Source: Domibacillus sp.
GTDB taxonomy: Bacteria; Bacillota; Bacilli; Bacillales; Domibacillaceae
Direction of reading: 5' to 3'
DNA length: 35,270 nucleotides
NCBI GenBank assembly: GCA_031177795.1
Contig: JAPSKG010000001.1
Span: forward strand, 1-35,270
The stretch's first letter is position 1, and each line of letters starts with the position of its first letter. Made by a program: the position numbers and the translations under genes. Shown here piece after piece: positions 16,958 to 26,227 of the stretch. The notes below the pieces were generated by a model. That model saw nothing but the letters and a program-made list of their open reading frames with translations. It was not told the origin of the DNA and searched no databases.

Positions 16958-17455
16958 TTGTTTACACCAAAAAACATGGCGGTTATGGCGGCTATGGCAG
17001 CAATTGGCGTTTTGGGCGCCACCTTTATCTGGTTTCCTGCTGGCCCAGCAAAAGCATATCCTGTTCAGCATGCTATTAATGTATTGTCTGCAGTATTGCT
17101 TGGCCCTGGTCCTGCGCTAGTGATCGCTTTTTTAACAGCGGCAGTACGCAATTTGCTTGGAATCGGTTCGCTTCTTGCTTTTCCAGGAAGCATGATTGGA
17201 GCGTTGTTGGCCGGATATGCGTATAAAAAGTGGAAAAAGCCATCTTTGGCTGCAGGAGGAGAAATTATTGGGACCGGCCTTATCGCTTCTCTTGTATCAG
17301 TCCCAATTGCCAATATATTTTTAGGCATGGAAGCAGCTGCTTTATTTTTTATGCCGGCTTTTTTAGTCAGCAGTGTAACCGGCGCTGTTTTAGGTTTGCT
17401 TATAGCTGCCCGGCTGCGGAAAACAAGAATATTTAACAGGGAAGGAAGATACTAA
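16958..17455 (+). CDS. thiW: ECF-type thiazole precursor transporter S component
   Basis: KAYPVQHAINVL, RNLLGIGSLLAFPGSMIGA, GEIIGTG. TTG 16958 after GGAGG. Confidence 0.9.
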   Translation: MFTPKNMAVMAAMAAIGVLGATFIWFPAGPAKAYPVQHAINVLSAVLLGPGPALVIAFLTAAVRNLLGIGSLLAFPGSMIGALLAGYAYKKWKKPSLAAGGEIIGTGLIASLVSVPIANIFLGMEAAALFFMPAFLVSSVTGAVLGLLIAARLRKTRIFNREGRY

Positions 17456-17456
17456 A

Positions 17457-18257
17457 ATGAACAATGAATATACAGCACAGCTGTTAGAGCGCGTAAGAAC
17501 TGAAAAACCTCTTGTGCATAATTTGACAAATACTGTTGTTGCTAATTTTACGGCAAACGGTTTGCTTGCACTTGGTGTTTCCCCGGTTATGGCGGATGCG
17601 CTGGAAGAAGCGGCAGACATGGCCGGCATTGCCGGTGCAGTGCTTTTAAATATCGGTACATTAACTGCTGAAAAAGTGGAAGCTATGATTTTGGCAGGAA
17701 AAGCAGCAAATAAAAAAGGAATTCCAGTTGTGTTTGATCCGGTAGGTGCAGGCGCTACACCATACAGAACAACAAGCGCCAAGCGCATTTTAACGGAAGT
17801 AAAGGTAGATGTTCTGCGTGGAAACGCCGGAGAAATTTCTGTACTTTGCGGTCGGGATGTACAAGTTAAAGGCGTTGATGGAGGAGGAAATGAAAACGTC
17901 CGTCAGCTCGCCAAAGAAGCCGCGGAAACACTCGGCCTTACGTGCGTTATCACAGGAGCTGAAGATGTTGTTTACGGCCAGGAGGCATATGCTGTCCAAA
18001 ATGGAGATTCTATTTTAACAAAAGTAACAGGGACAGGCTGTTTGCTTGGCGCGGTTATTGCTGCGTTTTGTGCAGTGGAAAAAAACTATGCGAAAGCGGC
18101 AGCAGCGGCTCTTTCTTACTACGGTGTTGCAGCTGAGAGTGCAGTTATCCGTTCTGGAACAAATAAACCGGGCACGTTTGCGGTTGAATTTTTAAATGAA
18201 TTATTCCAAACAAGCCAGGAGCAAATTCTTGAAAATGGCAAGGTGGAGGGATTATAA
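17457..18257 (+). CDS. thiM: Hydroxyethylthiazole kinase
   Basis: [53 protein letters not shown]. Confidence 0.95.
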   Translation: MNNEYTAQLLERVRTEKPLVHNLTNTVVANFTANGLLALGVSPVMADALEEAADMAGIAGAVLLNIGTLTAEKVEAMILAGKAANKKGIPVVFDPVGAGATPYRTTSAKRILTEVKVDVLRGNAGEISVLCGRDVQVKGVDGGGNENVRQLAKEAAETLGLTCVITGAEDVVYGQEAYAVQNGDSILTKVTGTGCLLGAVIAAFCAVEKNYAKAAAAALSYYGVAAESAVIRSGTNKPGTFAVEFLNELFQTSQEQILENGKVEGL

Positions 18258-18258
18258 A

Positions 18259-19062
18259 ATGGTCATTCGAAAAGCTTTAACAATTGCAGGTTCTGACAGC
18301 GGAGGAGGAGCCGGCATCCAAGCAGATTTAAAAACATTCCAGGAACTGGGCGTCTTCGGCATGTCTGCTTTAACAGCAGTAACCGCGCAAAATACACTTG
18401 GCGTTCATGGAGTATATCCAATGTCAACAGAAGCCGTTGAAAAGCAAATTGACGCAGCGGCGAGCGATATTGGAGTGGATGCATTAAAAACTGGGATGCT
18501 TTTTTCTGCAGAAATAATTGAAGCAGTTGCCCGGAAAATAAAAGAACATAGTTTTACAAACGTTATTGTAGATCCAGTAATGATTGCCAAAGGAGGAGCT
18601 TCTCTATTACAAGAAGAAGCAACAGAAGCATTAAAAACGCTTTTGCTGCCACTCGCCCTGGTAGTAACACCAAATATTCCGGAAGCAGAAGTAATTTCCG
18701 GGATGAAAATTAAATCTGAAGAAGATAAAAAGAAAGCAGCCCGGGCCATTGCAAATCTCGGCGTGAAAAACGTTTTAATTAAAGGCGGGCATGACGAAGG
18801 CAATAAAACAATTGACCTGTTATATGATGGAGAAACGTTTTATACGTTCACTGGTGAGCGAATTAATACCAAACATACACATGGGACCGGATGCACTTTT
18901 TCAGCAGCTATGACAGCTTCTATTGCAAAAGGCGCATCTGTCCGTACAGCAGCTGAAACCGCCAAACAATTTATCCAGGCGGCTATTGAAGACGGTATTT
19001 ATCTTGGCGGAGGACACGGCCCGACAAACCATTGGGCGTACCGTCAGCGGGGAGGCCTTTAA
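18259..19062 (+). CDS. thiD: Hydroxymethylpyrimidine/phosphomethylpyrimidine kinase
   Basis: [46 protein letters not shown]. Start ATG 18259. Confidence 0.95.
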   Translation: MVIRKALTIAGSDSGGGAGIQADLKTFQELGVFGMSALTAVTAQNTLGVHGVYPMSTEAVEKQIDAAASDIGVDALKTGMLFSAEIIEAVARKIKEHSFTNVIVDPVMIAKGGASLLQEEATEALKTLLLPLALVVTPNIPEAEVISGMKIKSEEDKKKAARAIANLGVKNVLIKGGHDEGNKTIDLLYDGETFYTFTGERINTKHTHGTGCTFSAAMTASIAKGASVRTAAETAKQFIQAAIEDGIYLGGGHGPTNHWAYRQRGGL

Positions 19063-19691
19063 TGAAAAAAGAGCAATTAGCCGTTTATTTTATCGCCGGC
19101 ACGCCAAATTGCTTTCAGCCAATAGAAGAAACGCTGCAGCAAGCTATCGAAGGCGGCATTACGATGTTCCAATTTCGTGAAAAAGGCGAAAAGGCATTAA
19201 CCGGAAAAGAAAAAAAAGAAAAGGCGCTTGCTTTGCAGAAAATATGCAAAAAAGCCAAAATTCCTTTTATTATAAATGACGATATTGAACTGGCAATGGA
19301 AATAAAAGCAGATGGCGTTCATATTGGACAAGAAGACGAACCAGCTTCAGTCGTTCGTGAAAAATTAAAAGGCGGCTTAGTCGGGGTGTCGGTTCATACA
19401 ATGGAAGAGTTTAATCAAGCTTTGGCCGACGGAGCTGATTATGTAGGCACAGGCCCAGTTTATCCAACTTCTACAAAAACAGATACGCGTCCAGTGGCTG
19501 GAACAGCTCTTATTCAAAAAATGCGCGAAAGCCGGCCGGATTTTCCGATTGTCGGAATTGGCGGGATAACTCTTGCCAATGCTTCTGAAGTCGTTCAAGC
19601 AGGTGCGGACGGTATCTCGATTATTACGGCGATTAGTCAAGCCGATAATCCACGACAAGCAGCTAGCCAGTTATGGAAAGCTGTTAAATGA
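19062..19691 (+). CDS. thiE: Thiamine-phosphate synthase
   Basis: QFREK, FIINDD, DGVHIGQED, GPVYPTSTK, VGIGGIT. Start ATG 19062 after GGAGG. Confidence 0.95.
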   Translation: MKKEQLAVYFIAGTPNCFQPIEETLQQAIEGGITMFQFREKGEKALTGKEKKEKALALQKICKKAKIPFIINDDIELAMEIKADGVHIGQEDEPASVVREKLKGGLVGVSVHTMEEFNQALADGADYVGTGPVYPTSTKTDTRPVAGTALIQKMRESRPDFPIVGIGGITLANASEVVQAGADGISIITAISQADNPRQAASQLWKAVK

Positions 19692-19695
19692 AGTA

Positions 19696-19730
19696 AAAAA
19701 AGCACCCTCGCAAAAGCGAGGGTGCTTTTT
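19696..19730 (+). terminator. Terminator after the thi operon
   Basis: AAAAAGCACCCTCGC-aaaa-GCGAGGGTGCTTTTT. Confidence 0.85.
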
Positions 19731-19810
19731 CTTTTTAAAGAGAAAGAAAATTTTTACAGTTCATGCTATGATTAAGAAAAATAGAGAAAAAGGAAGCTGG
19801 GGGAAAAGGA

Positions 19811-20710
19811 ATGCTTTTAGTTATTGTAAACCCGGCGGCGGGAAATGGCCGTGCCAAACTTTTATGGGAAAAGGTTGAAACTTGCCTTAGCAAAAAAAAT
19901 GTACAGTATAAATGGCTGCTTAGCGGGTCTGAAGCTGACGCGCGTGAATTTATCCGACAGCATGTAAAAGACTTTCAAGTGCACACAATAGCTGTTATTG
20001 GCGGAGATGGAACAGTGAACGCAATTCTGCAGGATGTGGTGCATTCTGAAATAGCATTGGCGATTTTGCCTGCTGGCTCAGGAAATGATATTGCCCGTGT
20101 TTTTAATTTAACGGCTAACCCGCAGCATTTTGTAAAACAGGTGCTGTCCGGTGTAACAAAGCAGGTTGATGCTTTAAAAATCAATTCAAGCTTTGGTTTG
20201 ACAATTGCAGGAACTGGGCTGGACGCAGACATTGCAGAACGGGTAAATCGTGCTGCTTATAAAAAAATATTGAGCCGGGTAGGAGCAGGTTCTTTTACTT
20301 ATTCTCTCAATGCCATTTTATCAACGTTAACATATAAATCTTTTAAAAGCACGGTGACAATCGATGATGAAACGTATATTTCTGACAAAACATGGATGAT
20401 TGTTTCTGGCAACACGTCTTCTTATGGAGGCGGGCTTGTTATTTGTCCTTATGCCCATCCAATTGACGGTGTGCTGGATATTACATTGGTCCATACTGCA
20501 AAAAGAGGAAAAGTTCTTTTTCAACTTTTCCCGCTTTTGTTAAAAGGAGAGCCTGTGCTGAAATCGGGAGTTACCTATAAAAAAGGAAAAAAGATTACCA
20601 TTAAAACGAGCCGGCCGGTTTCCATTATGGTAGACGGTGAGCCAATTGGAACAACACCGGCTCATATTAACGTTCATGAAAAAGCTGTTAAGTTAGTAAT
20701 GACAACATAA
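19811..20710 (+). CDS. Diacylglycerol/lipid kinase family protein (YegS/DAGK-like)
   Basis: IVNPAAGNG, GGDGTVN, ILPAGSGND.AR, N.SSYGGG, DGVLD, VDGE. Confidence 0.9.
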   Translation: MLLVIVNPAAGNGRAKLLWEKVETCLSKKNVQYKWLLSGSEADAREFIRQHVKDFQVHTIAVIGGDGTVNAILQDVVHSEIALAILPAGSGNDIARVFNLTANPQHFVKQVLSGVTKQVDALKINSSFGLTIAGTGLDADIAERVNRAAYKKILSRVGAGSFTYSLNAILSTLTYKSFKSTVTIDDETYISDKTWMIVSGNTSSYGGGLVICPYAHPIDGVLDITLVHTAKRGKVLFQLFPLLLKGEPVLKSGVTYKKGKKITIKTSRPVSIMVDGEPIGTTPAHINVHEKAVKLVMTT

Positions 20711-20814
20711 CAATAAAACGTTTTCCGCATAAAAAAATAAAATTGTGGGTATGAAAGGAGAGAAGAAAAATGCACGAACCAGATAATCAGGTTCGTGGAG
20801 TGGAGGAATTTATT

Positions 20815-21348
20815 ATGGAAAAAATGAACAGAGGGATTTTAACAGCATTGTCGGCGATCGGCATTGCTCAAGGATTAAAGATTTTTACACACAAAAAATT
20901 GACAGGAAACTGGGATGTGAAGCAAGCTTTTACAACCGGGGGCATGCCGAGCTCTCATTCAGCGGGAGTAGCTGCGCTGGCGTCATATGTGGCGGCTAAC
21001 AAAGGCTGGCGTCATACAGAAACTTCACTTGCCACTGTTTTCGGCGTTATTGTTATGTACGATGCACAGGGAATCCGCCGTCATACAGGTGAAATTGCAC
21101 AGCTTGTTAATGAACTTGAAGATCATTTGGCAAAGTTTTCAGGAGAATTTCCAAGTTTTGAATTTGTCGAGCGAGAAAAAGAACTAAAAGAACTTCTTGG
21201 GCATCAACCCGTAGAGGTAGGAGTGGGTGCGCTGTTAGGCACGATGCTTGGTATTATTTCCGCAAAGCTGGAAGACAAAAGCACTAAAACCAGATCAGGC
21301 CGCACTTATGTAAAAAGCGGACCACGCTATCCAAGATATTTAAAATAG
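20815..21348 (+). CDS. Divergent PAP2 / DUF212 (YuiD-like) membrane protein
   Basis: TGGMPSSHSA, VMYDA.GIRRH.G, LKELLGH.P.EV. Alternative in-frame start at 20770. Confidence 0.88.
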   Translation: MEKMNRGILTALSAIGIAQGLKIFTHKKLTGNWDVKQAFTTGGMPSSHSAGVAALASYVAANKGWRHTETSLATVFGVIVMYDAQGIRRHTGEIAQLVNELEDHLAKFSGEFPSFEFVEREKELKELLGHQPVEVGVGALLGTMLGIISAKLEDKSTKTRSGRTYVKSGPRYPRYLK

Positions 21349-21355
21349 CAAAAAT

Positions 21356-21384
21356 AAAAAAGCACCCAAATTGGGTGCTTTTTT
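21356..21384. terminator. Bidirectional terminator
   Basis: AAAAAAGCACCCAA-a-TTGGGTGCTTTTTT. Confidence 0.85.
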
Positions 21385-21658
21385 ATTTTACAATTTGGAA
21401 TACGGTATGCCGGTTTAAAATTGGCTTCAGCTTGAAAAGAACATGATGTGTCACTTCTTTTCTGGAAATGGCTGATACTGCCGGCGAGAGGGACAGTGTT
21501 TGAAGAAAAAATGTGGCGCGGCGTTCAATGTAGCGGATAATTTGTTCTTTGTAAAATAATTCGCGCTTGGCGATTTTCTCCTTAATTTCATGTGTTAACT
21601 GTACAGCAAACTGGGTAATCGAATAATCGACTCCTCCGTAAAATTCAGCTACTGTCAT
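21383..21658 (-). CDS. Small hypothetical protein (91 aa)
   Basis: Open frame with GGAGGAAGGAG purine tract upstream, ending at the bidirectional terminator. Confidence 0.65.
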   Translation of the reverse strand: MTVAEFYGGVDYSITQFAVQLTHEIKEKIAKRELFYKEQIIRYIERRATFFLQTLSLSPAVSAISRKEVTHHVLFKLKPILNRHTVFQIVK

Positions 21659-21800
21659 AGCTCATCCACTCCTTCCTCCATTTCTGATTGTCAATACTTA
21701 TATGTATATCTTAACATAAAATTTACAAAACTTTAATAATTAATTTATCCTATCTTTATAATTCCTTATATTTATATGCAGTAAACCCATTTTTATGTAT

Positions 21801-21829
21801 AAAAAAACCTCGTAAGTCGAGGTTTTTTT
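21801..21829 (-). terminator. Terminator after the malic enzyme gene
   Basis: AAAAAAACCTCG-taagt-CGAGGTTTTTTT. Confidence 0.8.
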
Positions 21830-21832
21830 ACT

Positions 21833-23092
21833 TTAAGAGATTGTTAATGCAGCTGGCTTAACTTGCAATGCTGCTAATTGATAAGTTTTATTACGAATTG
21901 CCTCTACAGAAACATGCTTTCGGGCAACGCCTGAATCCATTGCGGCTTGAGCCACAGCTGCAGCTACCTCTGGTGCAACACGAGGATCAAATGCTGATGG
22001 AATAATGAATTCTTCCGAACGCTCTCGTTCATCAACAAGGGAAGCAATGGCATAACAAGCTGCCACTTTCATTTCTTCATTAATGTCAGAAGAATACGTA
22101 TCAAGAGCGCCCCGGAAAATACCTGGAAAAGCAAGTACATTATTTACCTGGTTAGGAAAATCTGAACGTCCGGTGCCGATAATGCGCACACCTGCTTTTT
22201 TAGCTTCCTCGGGTAAAATTTCCGGATTTGGATTTGCCATAGCAAAAACAATTGGATCTGCATTCATAGTTTGAACCATTTCAGGAGTTAAAGCGCCCGC
22301 AACTGATACACCGATAAAAACATCTGTGCCCTTTACTGCTTCTTCGAGAGACCCCGCTAATTTTTTGCGGTTTGTAAAAGAAGCAATTTGTTCTTTGATT
22401 GGGTTCATTCCAGCCGTTCTTCCTTCATAAATTGTTCCTTTAGTGTCGCACATAATAATATCTTTTACTGCAAAGCTGGAAAGTAACTTGGCAATGGCTA
22501 TTCCAGCTGCGCCAGCTCCATTAATGACAACTTTAATTTCTTCAAAAGACTTGTTAATAATTTTCAAGGAGTTAATTAAACCAGCTATTGTAACAATGGC
22601 TGTTCCATGCTGATCGTCATGAAAAACAGGAATGTTCATTTCTTGCTTTAAACGTTCTTCGATAACAAAGCAATTTGGCGCCTTAATATCTTCTAGATTA
22701 ATACCGCCAAAAGTAGAAGCTGTTAATTTAACGGTTTTAATAATATCTTCGGGATCATTTGAATTAATACAAATTGGAAAAGCATCAACACCGCCAAAAT
22801 TTTTAAATAAAATTGCTTTTCCTTCCATAACGGGAAGAGAAGCATCTGCACCGATATTGCCAAGACCCAGAACTGCTGAGCCGTCAGACACAACAGCAAC
22901 CGTATTTGCTTTCATTGTATAATCGTATATTGTTTCGGGTTTTTCATGGATCTCAAGGCAAGGCTCAGCCACTCCTGGAGAATAAACTAAACTTAGCTCC
23001 TTTAAATTGCTGACTGTTAACTTTGCTGATGTTTCTAGCTTGCCTTGGTTGTGCCGGTGAATTTCAAGTGCTTCTTCCCTTAAGTTTTTCAT
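21833..23092 (-). CDS. NAD(P)-dependent malic enzyme (YtsJ-like)
   Basis: YSPGVAEPC, DGSAVLGLGNIG, PVMEGKA.LFK, GGINLEDI, FHDDQHGTAIV, GAGAAG, TGRSDFPNQVNN. Confidence 0.93.
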   Translation of the reverse strand: MKNLREEALEIHRHNQGKLETSAKLTVSNLKELSLVYSPGVAEPCLEIHEKPETIYDYTMKANTVAVVSDGSAVLGLGNIGADASLPVMEGKAILFKNFGGVDAFPICINSNDPEDIIKTVKLTASTFGGINLEDIKAPNCFVIEERLKQEMNIPVFHDDQHGTAIVTIAGLINSLKIINKSFEEIKVVINGAGAAGIAIAKLLSSFAVKDIIMCDTKGTIYEGRTAGMNPIKEQIASFTNRKKLAGSLEEAVKGTDVFIGVSVAGALTPEMVQTMNADPIVFAMANPNPEILPEEAKKAGVRIIGTGRSDFPNQVNNVLAFPGIFRGALDTYSSDINEEMKVAACYAIASLVDERERSEEFIIPSAFDPRVAPEVAAAVAQAAMDSGVARKHVSVEAIRNKTYQLAALQVKPAALTIS

Positions 23093-23164
23093 TTCTTTTC
23101 CCTCTCCTCTGCTTTACGGCAATTAAAATTGAAAATTTAATGTATTGGATAACAGAAATCATTA

Positions 23165-23179
23165 AATTTTCAGAAAATT
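23165..23179. promoter_or_regulatory. CodY box
   Basis: AATTTTCAGAAAATT, 15/15 match to AATTTTCWGAAAATT. Confidence 0.75.
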
Positions 23180-23264
23180 TATTGTTGTATTGTAACGCTT
23201 TTTGAAAAGATTGTAAATACAATTGGGCAAAAAATGTCCCGAATAAATAGAAATGATAAAAAGG

Positions 23265-23293
23265 TTGTCATTGTTCTCATTTTCCTGTACATT
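23265..23293 (+). promoter_or_regulatory. Putative sigma-A promoter of the S-box leader
   Basis: TTGTCA-17 nt-TACATT. Confidence 0.55.
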
Positions 23294-23319
23294 TAAAAAA
23301 TAAGAAAAAATTAAACAAT

Positions 23320-23425
23320 CCTTATCAAGAGAAGCGGAGGGACTGGCCCGATGATGCTTCAGCAACCTGCCTTTTTGGCAAAGGTGCTAAATCCAGCGGG
23401 CTGACACCGTCCGGTAGATGAGAAG
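23320..23425 (+). ncRNA. SAM-I riboswitch (S-box)
   Basis: CTTATCAAGAG..GGAGGGACTGGCCCGATGA..CAGCAACC...GGTGCTAAATCCAG...AGATGAG; upstream of met genes. Confidence 0.95.
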
Positions 23426-23431
23426 AAGTGT

Positions 23432-23468
23432 AAAAACAAGCCTTCTTCTCAGGAGGCTTGTTTTTTTT
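23432..23468 (+). terminator. S-box expression-platform terminator
   Basis: AAAAACAAGCCTTCT-tctc-AGGAGGCTTGTTTTTTTT. Confidence 0.85.
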
Positions 23469-23487
23469 ATAAAAAGGAGCGATTGTA

Positions 23488-24588
23488 ATGAAAAATATTG
23501 AAACAAAACTTGCACAAATTGGAAACCGAACAAATAATCCGACAGGAACAGTAAATCCTCCGGTTTATTTTTCAACTGCTTACCGGCACGAAGGAATTGG
23601 AATGTCAACAGGTTACGACTATACACGTACGGGAAATCCAACACGTGAAGTAGTTGAAAAAGCCATTGCAGATTTAGAAGGAGCAGATGCAGGTTTTGCA
23701 TTTTCTTCAGGTATGGCAGCGATTCACACTCTTTTATCTTTGTTCGAGCCAGGAGATGGATTTTTAGTTTCAGCTGACTTGTATGGCGGTACATACCGTT
23801 TATTTGAAAAAGGCTGGAAAAAGTATGGGCTGGATTTTACATATGACAATTTTGAGGATATAGAAGAAACAAAGAAGAAAGTATCTGAAAAAACAAAAGC
23901 CATTTTTCTTGAAACGCCGACAAACCCATTGATGAAAGAAGCCGATATTGCTTCTGTTGCTTCGTTTGCCAAAGAACACAACTTGCTTTTAATTGTCGAC
24001 AATACATTTTACACTCCTGTTTTACAGCGGCCAATTGAACAAGGGGCAGATATTGTGCTTCACAGTGCCACCAAGTATCTAGGCGGACATAACGATGTGC
24101 TTGCTGGCCTTGTTGCAGTAAAAGGCAAAGAGCTTTCAGCAAAAGTGTTTGAATTCCAAAACGCAATTGGAGCGGTTTTATCTCCGTTTGACTCATGGCT
24201 TCTTGTCCGCGGGATGAAAACATTAAGCTTGCGCATGAAGCAGCATACAGAAAACGCTCAAAAAGTTGCAGCATTTCTTGAATCCCATGATGATATTTTA
24301 GATGTTCTATACCCGGGAAAAGGAGGCATGCTTTCTTTCCGTGTTAAATCGGAAAAATGGGTAAATCCGTTTTTACAAAACATGCAGCTCATTTCTTTTG
24401 CTGAAAGCCTGGGAGGCATTGAAAGTTTTATTACCTATCCCGCTACGCAAACGCACATGGATATCCCGGAAGAAATCCGCATTGCTAACGGCGTTTGTAA
24501 CCGGTTGTTGCGCTTCTCAATTGGGGTTGAGCATGCAGAAGACATAATTGCAGATCTTGAGCAAGCTTTTGAAAAAATGAAAGGATGA
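23488..24588 (+). CDS. metI: Cystathionine gamma-synthase / O-acetylhomoserine thiolyase
   Basis: PLP motif HSATKYLGGHNDV, YTRTGNPTR, FAESLGGIES; first of a tandem pair under an S-box. Confidence 0.88.
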   Translation: MKNIETKLAQIGNRTNNPTGTVNPPVYFSTAYRHEGIGMSTGYDYTRTGNPTREVVEKAIADLEGADAGFAFSSGMAAIHTLLSLFEPGDGFLVSADLYGGTYRLFEKGWKKYGLDFTYDNFEDIEETKKKVSEKTKAIFLETPTNPLMKEADIASVASFAKEHNLLLIVDNTFYTPVLQRPIEQGADIVLHSATKYLGGHNDVLAGLVAVKGKELSAKVFEFQNAIGAVLSPFDSWLLVRGMKTLSLRMKQHTENAQKVAAFLESHDDILDVLYPGKGGMLSFRVKSEKWVNPFLQNMQLISFAESLGGIESFITYPATQTHMDIPEEIRIANGVCNRLLRFSIGVEHAEDIIADLEQAFEKMKG

Positions 24589-24592
24589 TTGG

Positions 24593-25738
24593 ATGAGCGA
24601 CTATACATTTCAAACAAAACTGCTTCATAATGAACATAAATTTGATCCGGCTACAGGAGCGGTCAGCGTGCCAATTCAGCATGCTTCTACTTTTCATCAG
24701 TCCGATTTTGATTCATTTGGGCAATATGACTACAGCCGTTCAGGCAATCCAACACGTGAAACACTTGAAGCCGCCATTGCTGAACTTGAAGGCGGCGTCC
24801 GAGGGTTTGCTTTTGCCTCAGGCATGGCCGCTATATCCACTGCGTTTCTTTTGCTTTCAAAAGACGACCATGTAGTGGTAACCGAGGATGTATATGGGGG
24901 CACTTTCCGGATGGTCACGGCGGTATTAACTCGATTTGGCATTGAGCACACTTTTGTGGATATGACAGATTTAGATGCAGTAGCTAAAGCAATCCGGCCA
25001 AATACAAAAGTAATTTATATGGAAACACCATCAAATCCGCTGTTGAAAATAACGGATATTGAAGGGATAGTAAAACTGGCAAAAGCGCATGGCTGCCTGA
25101 CGTTTTTGGATAATACATTTTTAACTCCTTATTTGCAGAGGCCTATTGAGCTTGGTGTAGATCTTGTTTTGCATAGCGCAACAAAATTTTTATCCGGGCA
25201 CAGCGATGTACTCGCCGGACTTGCTGTAGCAAAGGATGAAGAGCTTGCAGGCAAGTTTTATGCGCTTCAAAATTCATTTGGCGCGGTTCTTGGAGTTCAA
25301 GATTGCTGGCTTGTTCTGCGAGGATTAAAGACGCTGGCTGTCCGGATGGAGCAGTCACAAAAAGGAGCAGCTGAAATTGCACATTATTTGTCTTCCCATC
25401 CAAAAGTAAAAAATGTGTATTACCCGGGTCTTGTATCACATCCGGGGCATGCTGTTCACTTTCGTCAGGCAACAGGAGGCGGGGCGGTATTGTCTTTTGA
25501 GCTGGAAGATGAAGAAGCGGTACGCCGCTTTAGCGCGAATGTAAAAATTCCGGTTTTTGCAGTAAGTCTCGGCGCAGTAGAATCCATTTTATCTTATCCG
25601 CCAAAAATGTCTCATGCGGCAATGCCGGAAAAAGAGCGTGATAAACGCGGCATTACCGGAGGTCTTCTCAGACTTTCTGTTGGGCTTGAATCGCCAGATG
25701 ACTTGATTCGGGATTTTGAACAAGCTTTTGAATATTAA
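24593..25738 (+). CDS. metC: Cystathionine beta-lyase
   Basis: HSATKFLSGHSDV, YSRSGNPTR, FAVSLGAVESILSYP; follows metI. Confidence 0.88.
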   Translation: MSDYTFQTKLLHNEHKFDPATGAVSVPIQHASTFHQSDFDSFGQYDYSRSGNPTRETLEAAIAELEGGVRGFAFASGMAAISTAFLLLSKDDHVVVTEDVYGGTFRMVTAVLTRFGIEHTFVDMTDLDAVAKAIRPNTKVIYMETPSNPLLKITDIEGIVKLAKAHGCLTFLDNTFLTPYLQRPIELGVDLVLHSATKFLSGHSDVLAGLAVAKDEELAGKFYALQNSFGAVLGVQDCWLVLRGLKTLAVRMEQSQKGAAEIAHYLSSHPKVKNVYYPGLVSHPGHAVHFRQATGGGAVLSFELEDEEAVRRFSANVKIPVFAVSLGAVESILSYPPKMSHAAMPEKERDKRGITGGLLRLSVGLESPDDLIRDFEQAFEY

Positions 25739-25740
25739 CG

Positions 25741-25778
25741 AAAAAAAACGTCATCCTATTTTGGATGACGTTTTTTTT
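25741..25778. terminator. Bidirectional terminator
   Basis: AAAAAAAACGTCATCC-tatttt-GGATGACGTTTTTTTT. Confidence 0.85.
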
Positions 25779-25783
25779 AGAAA

Positions 25784-26035
25784 TTACGCGTGGCGCATTT
25801 TTTTCAAGATAAAGCTTACAAGAGCTACAAGAATCACTGCACCGATTAAAGCTGGAATAATAGCCATTCCGCCGATTGAAGGACCCCAATCGCCAAGAAG
25901 AGCTCCGCCAATCCAGGCACCGATAATACCGGCAATGATGTTTCCGATAATTCCTCCTGGAATGTCCTTGCCTAAAATAAGTCCAGCAAGCCAGCCGATA
26001 ATTCCGCCGATAATTAAGAAAAGAATAAATTCCAT
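25784..26035 (-). CDS. GlsB/YeaQ/YmgE family stress-response membrane protein
   Basis: IIGGIIGWLAG, GIIGNIIAGIIGAWIG, PALIGAVILV. ATG 26035 after AGGAGG. Confidence 0.9.
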   Translation of the reverse strand: MEFILFLIIGGIIGWLAGLILGKDIPGGIIGNIIAGIIGAWIGGALLGDWGPSIGGMAIIPALIGAVILVALVSFILKKMRHA

Positions 26036-26084
26036 AGTGTGTTTCCTCCTAAGAAGTAAATTGTAATGCCTTGATGGTTTATGT

Positions 26085-26109
26085 ATTCCCCACATGAGAG
26101 AGATAAAAC
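26085..26109 (-). promoter_or_regulatory. SigB-type promoter
   Basis: Minus strand GTTTTA-13 nt-GGGAAT upstream of the GlsB-family gene. Confidence 0.65.
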
Positions 26110-26159
26110 CAAAAAAGTCAAGAAAATTTTATTTTGAATTTTCTATAAATTCTGCAAAG

Positions 26160-26190
26160 AAAAAAGAGAAGGCAAAAAGCCTTCCCGTCT
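26160..26190 (-). terminator. Terminator after the NupC-family gene
   Basis: Minus strand GGGAAGGC-ttttt-GCCTTCTC-TTTTTT. Confidence 0.65.
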
Positions 26191-26227
26191 AGCAAGTTAT
26201 GTTAACTGCATGTTTTGTTTTTAAAAA

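Noticed and set aside
23023-23794. Short ORFs overlapping the S-box region and metI (23023+, 23162-, 23387-)
   Set aside because: They overlap a riboswitch or real genes, lack an RBS and look like shadow ORFs.
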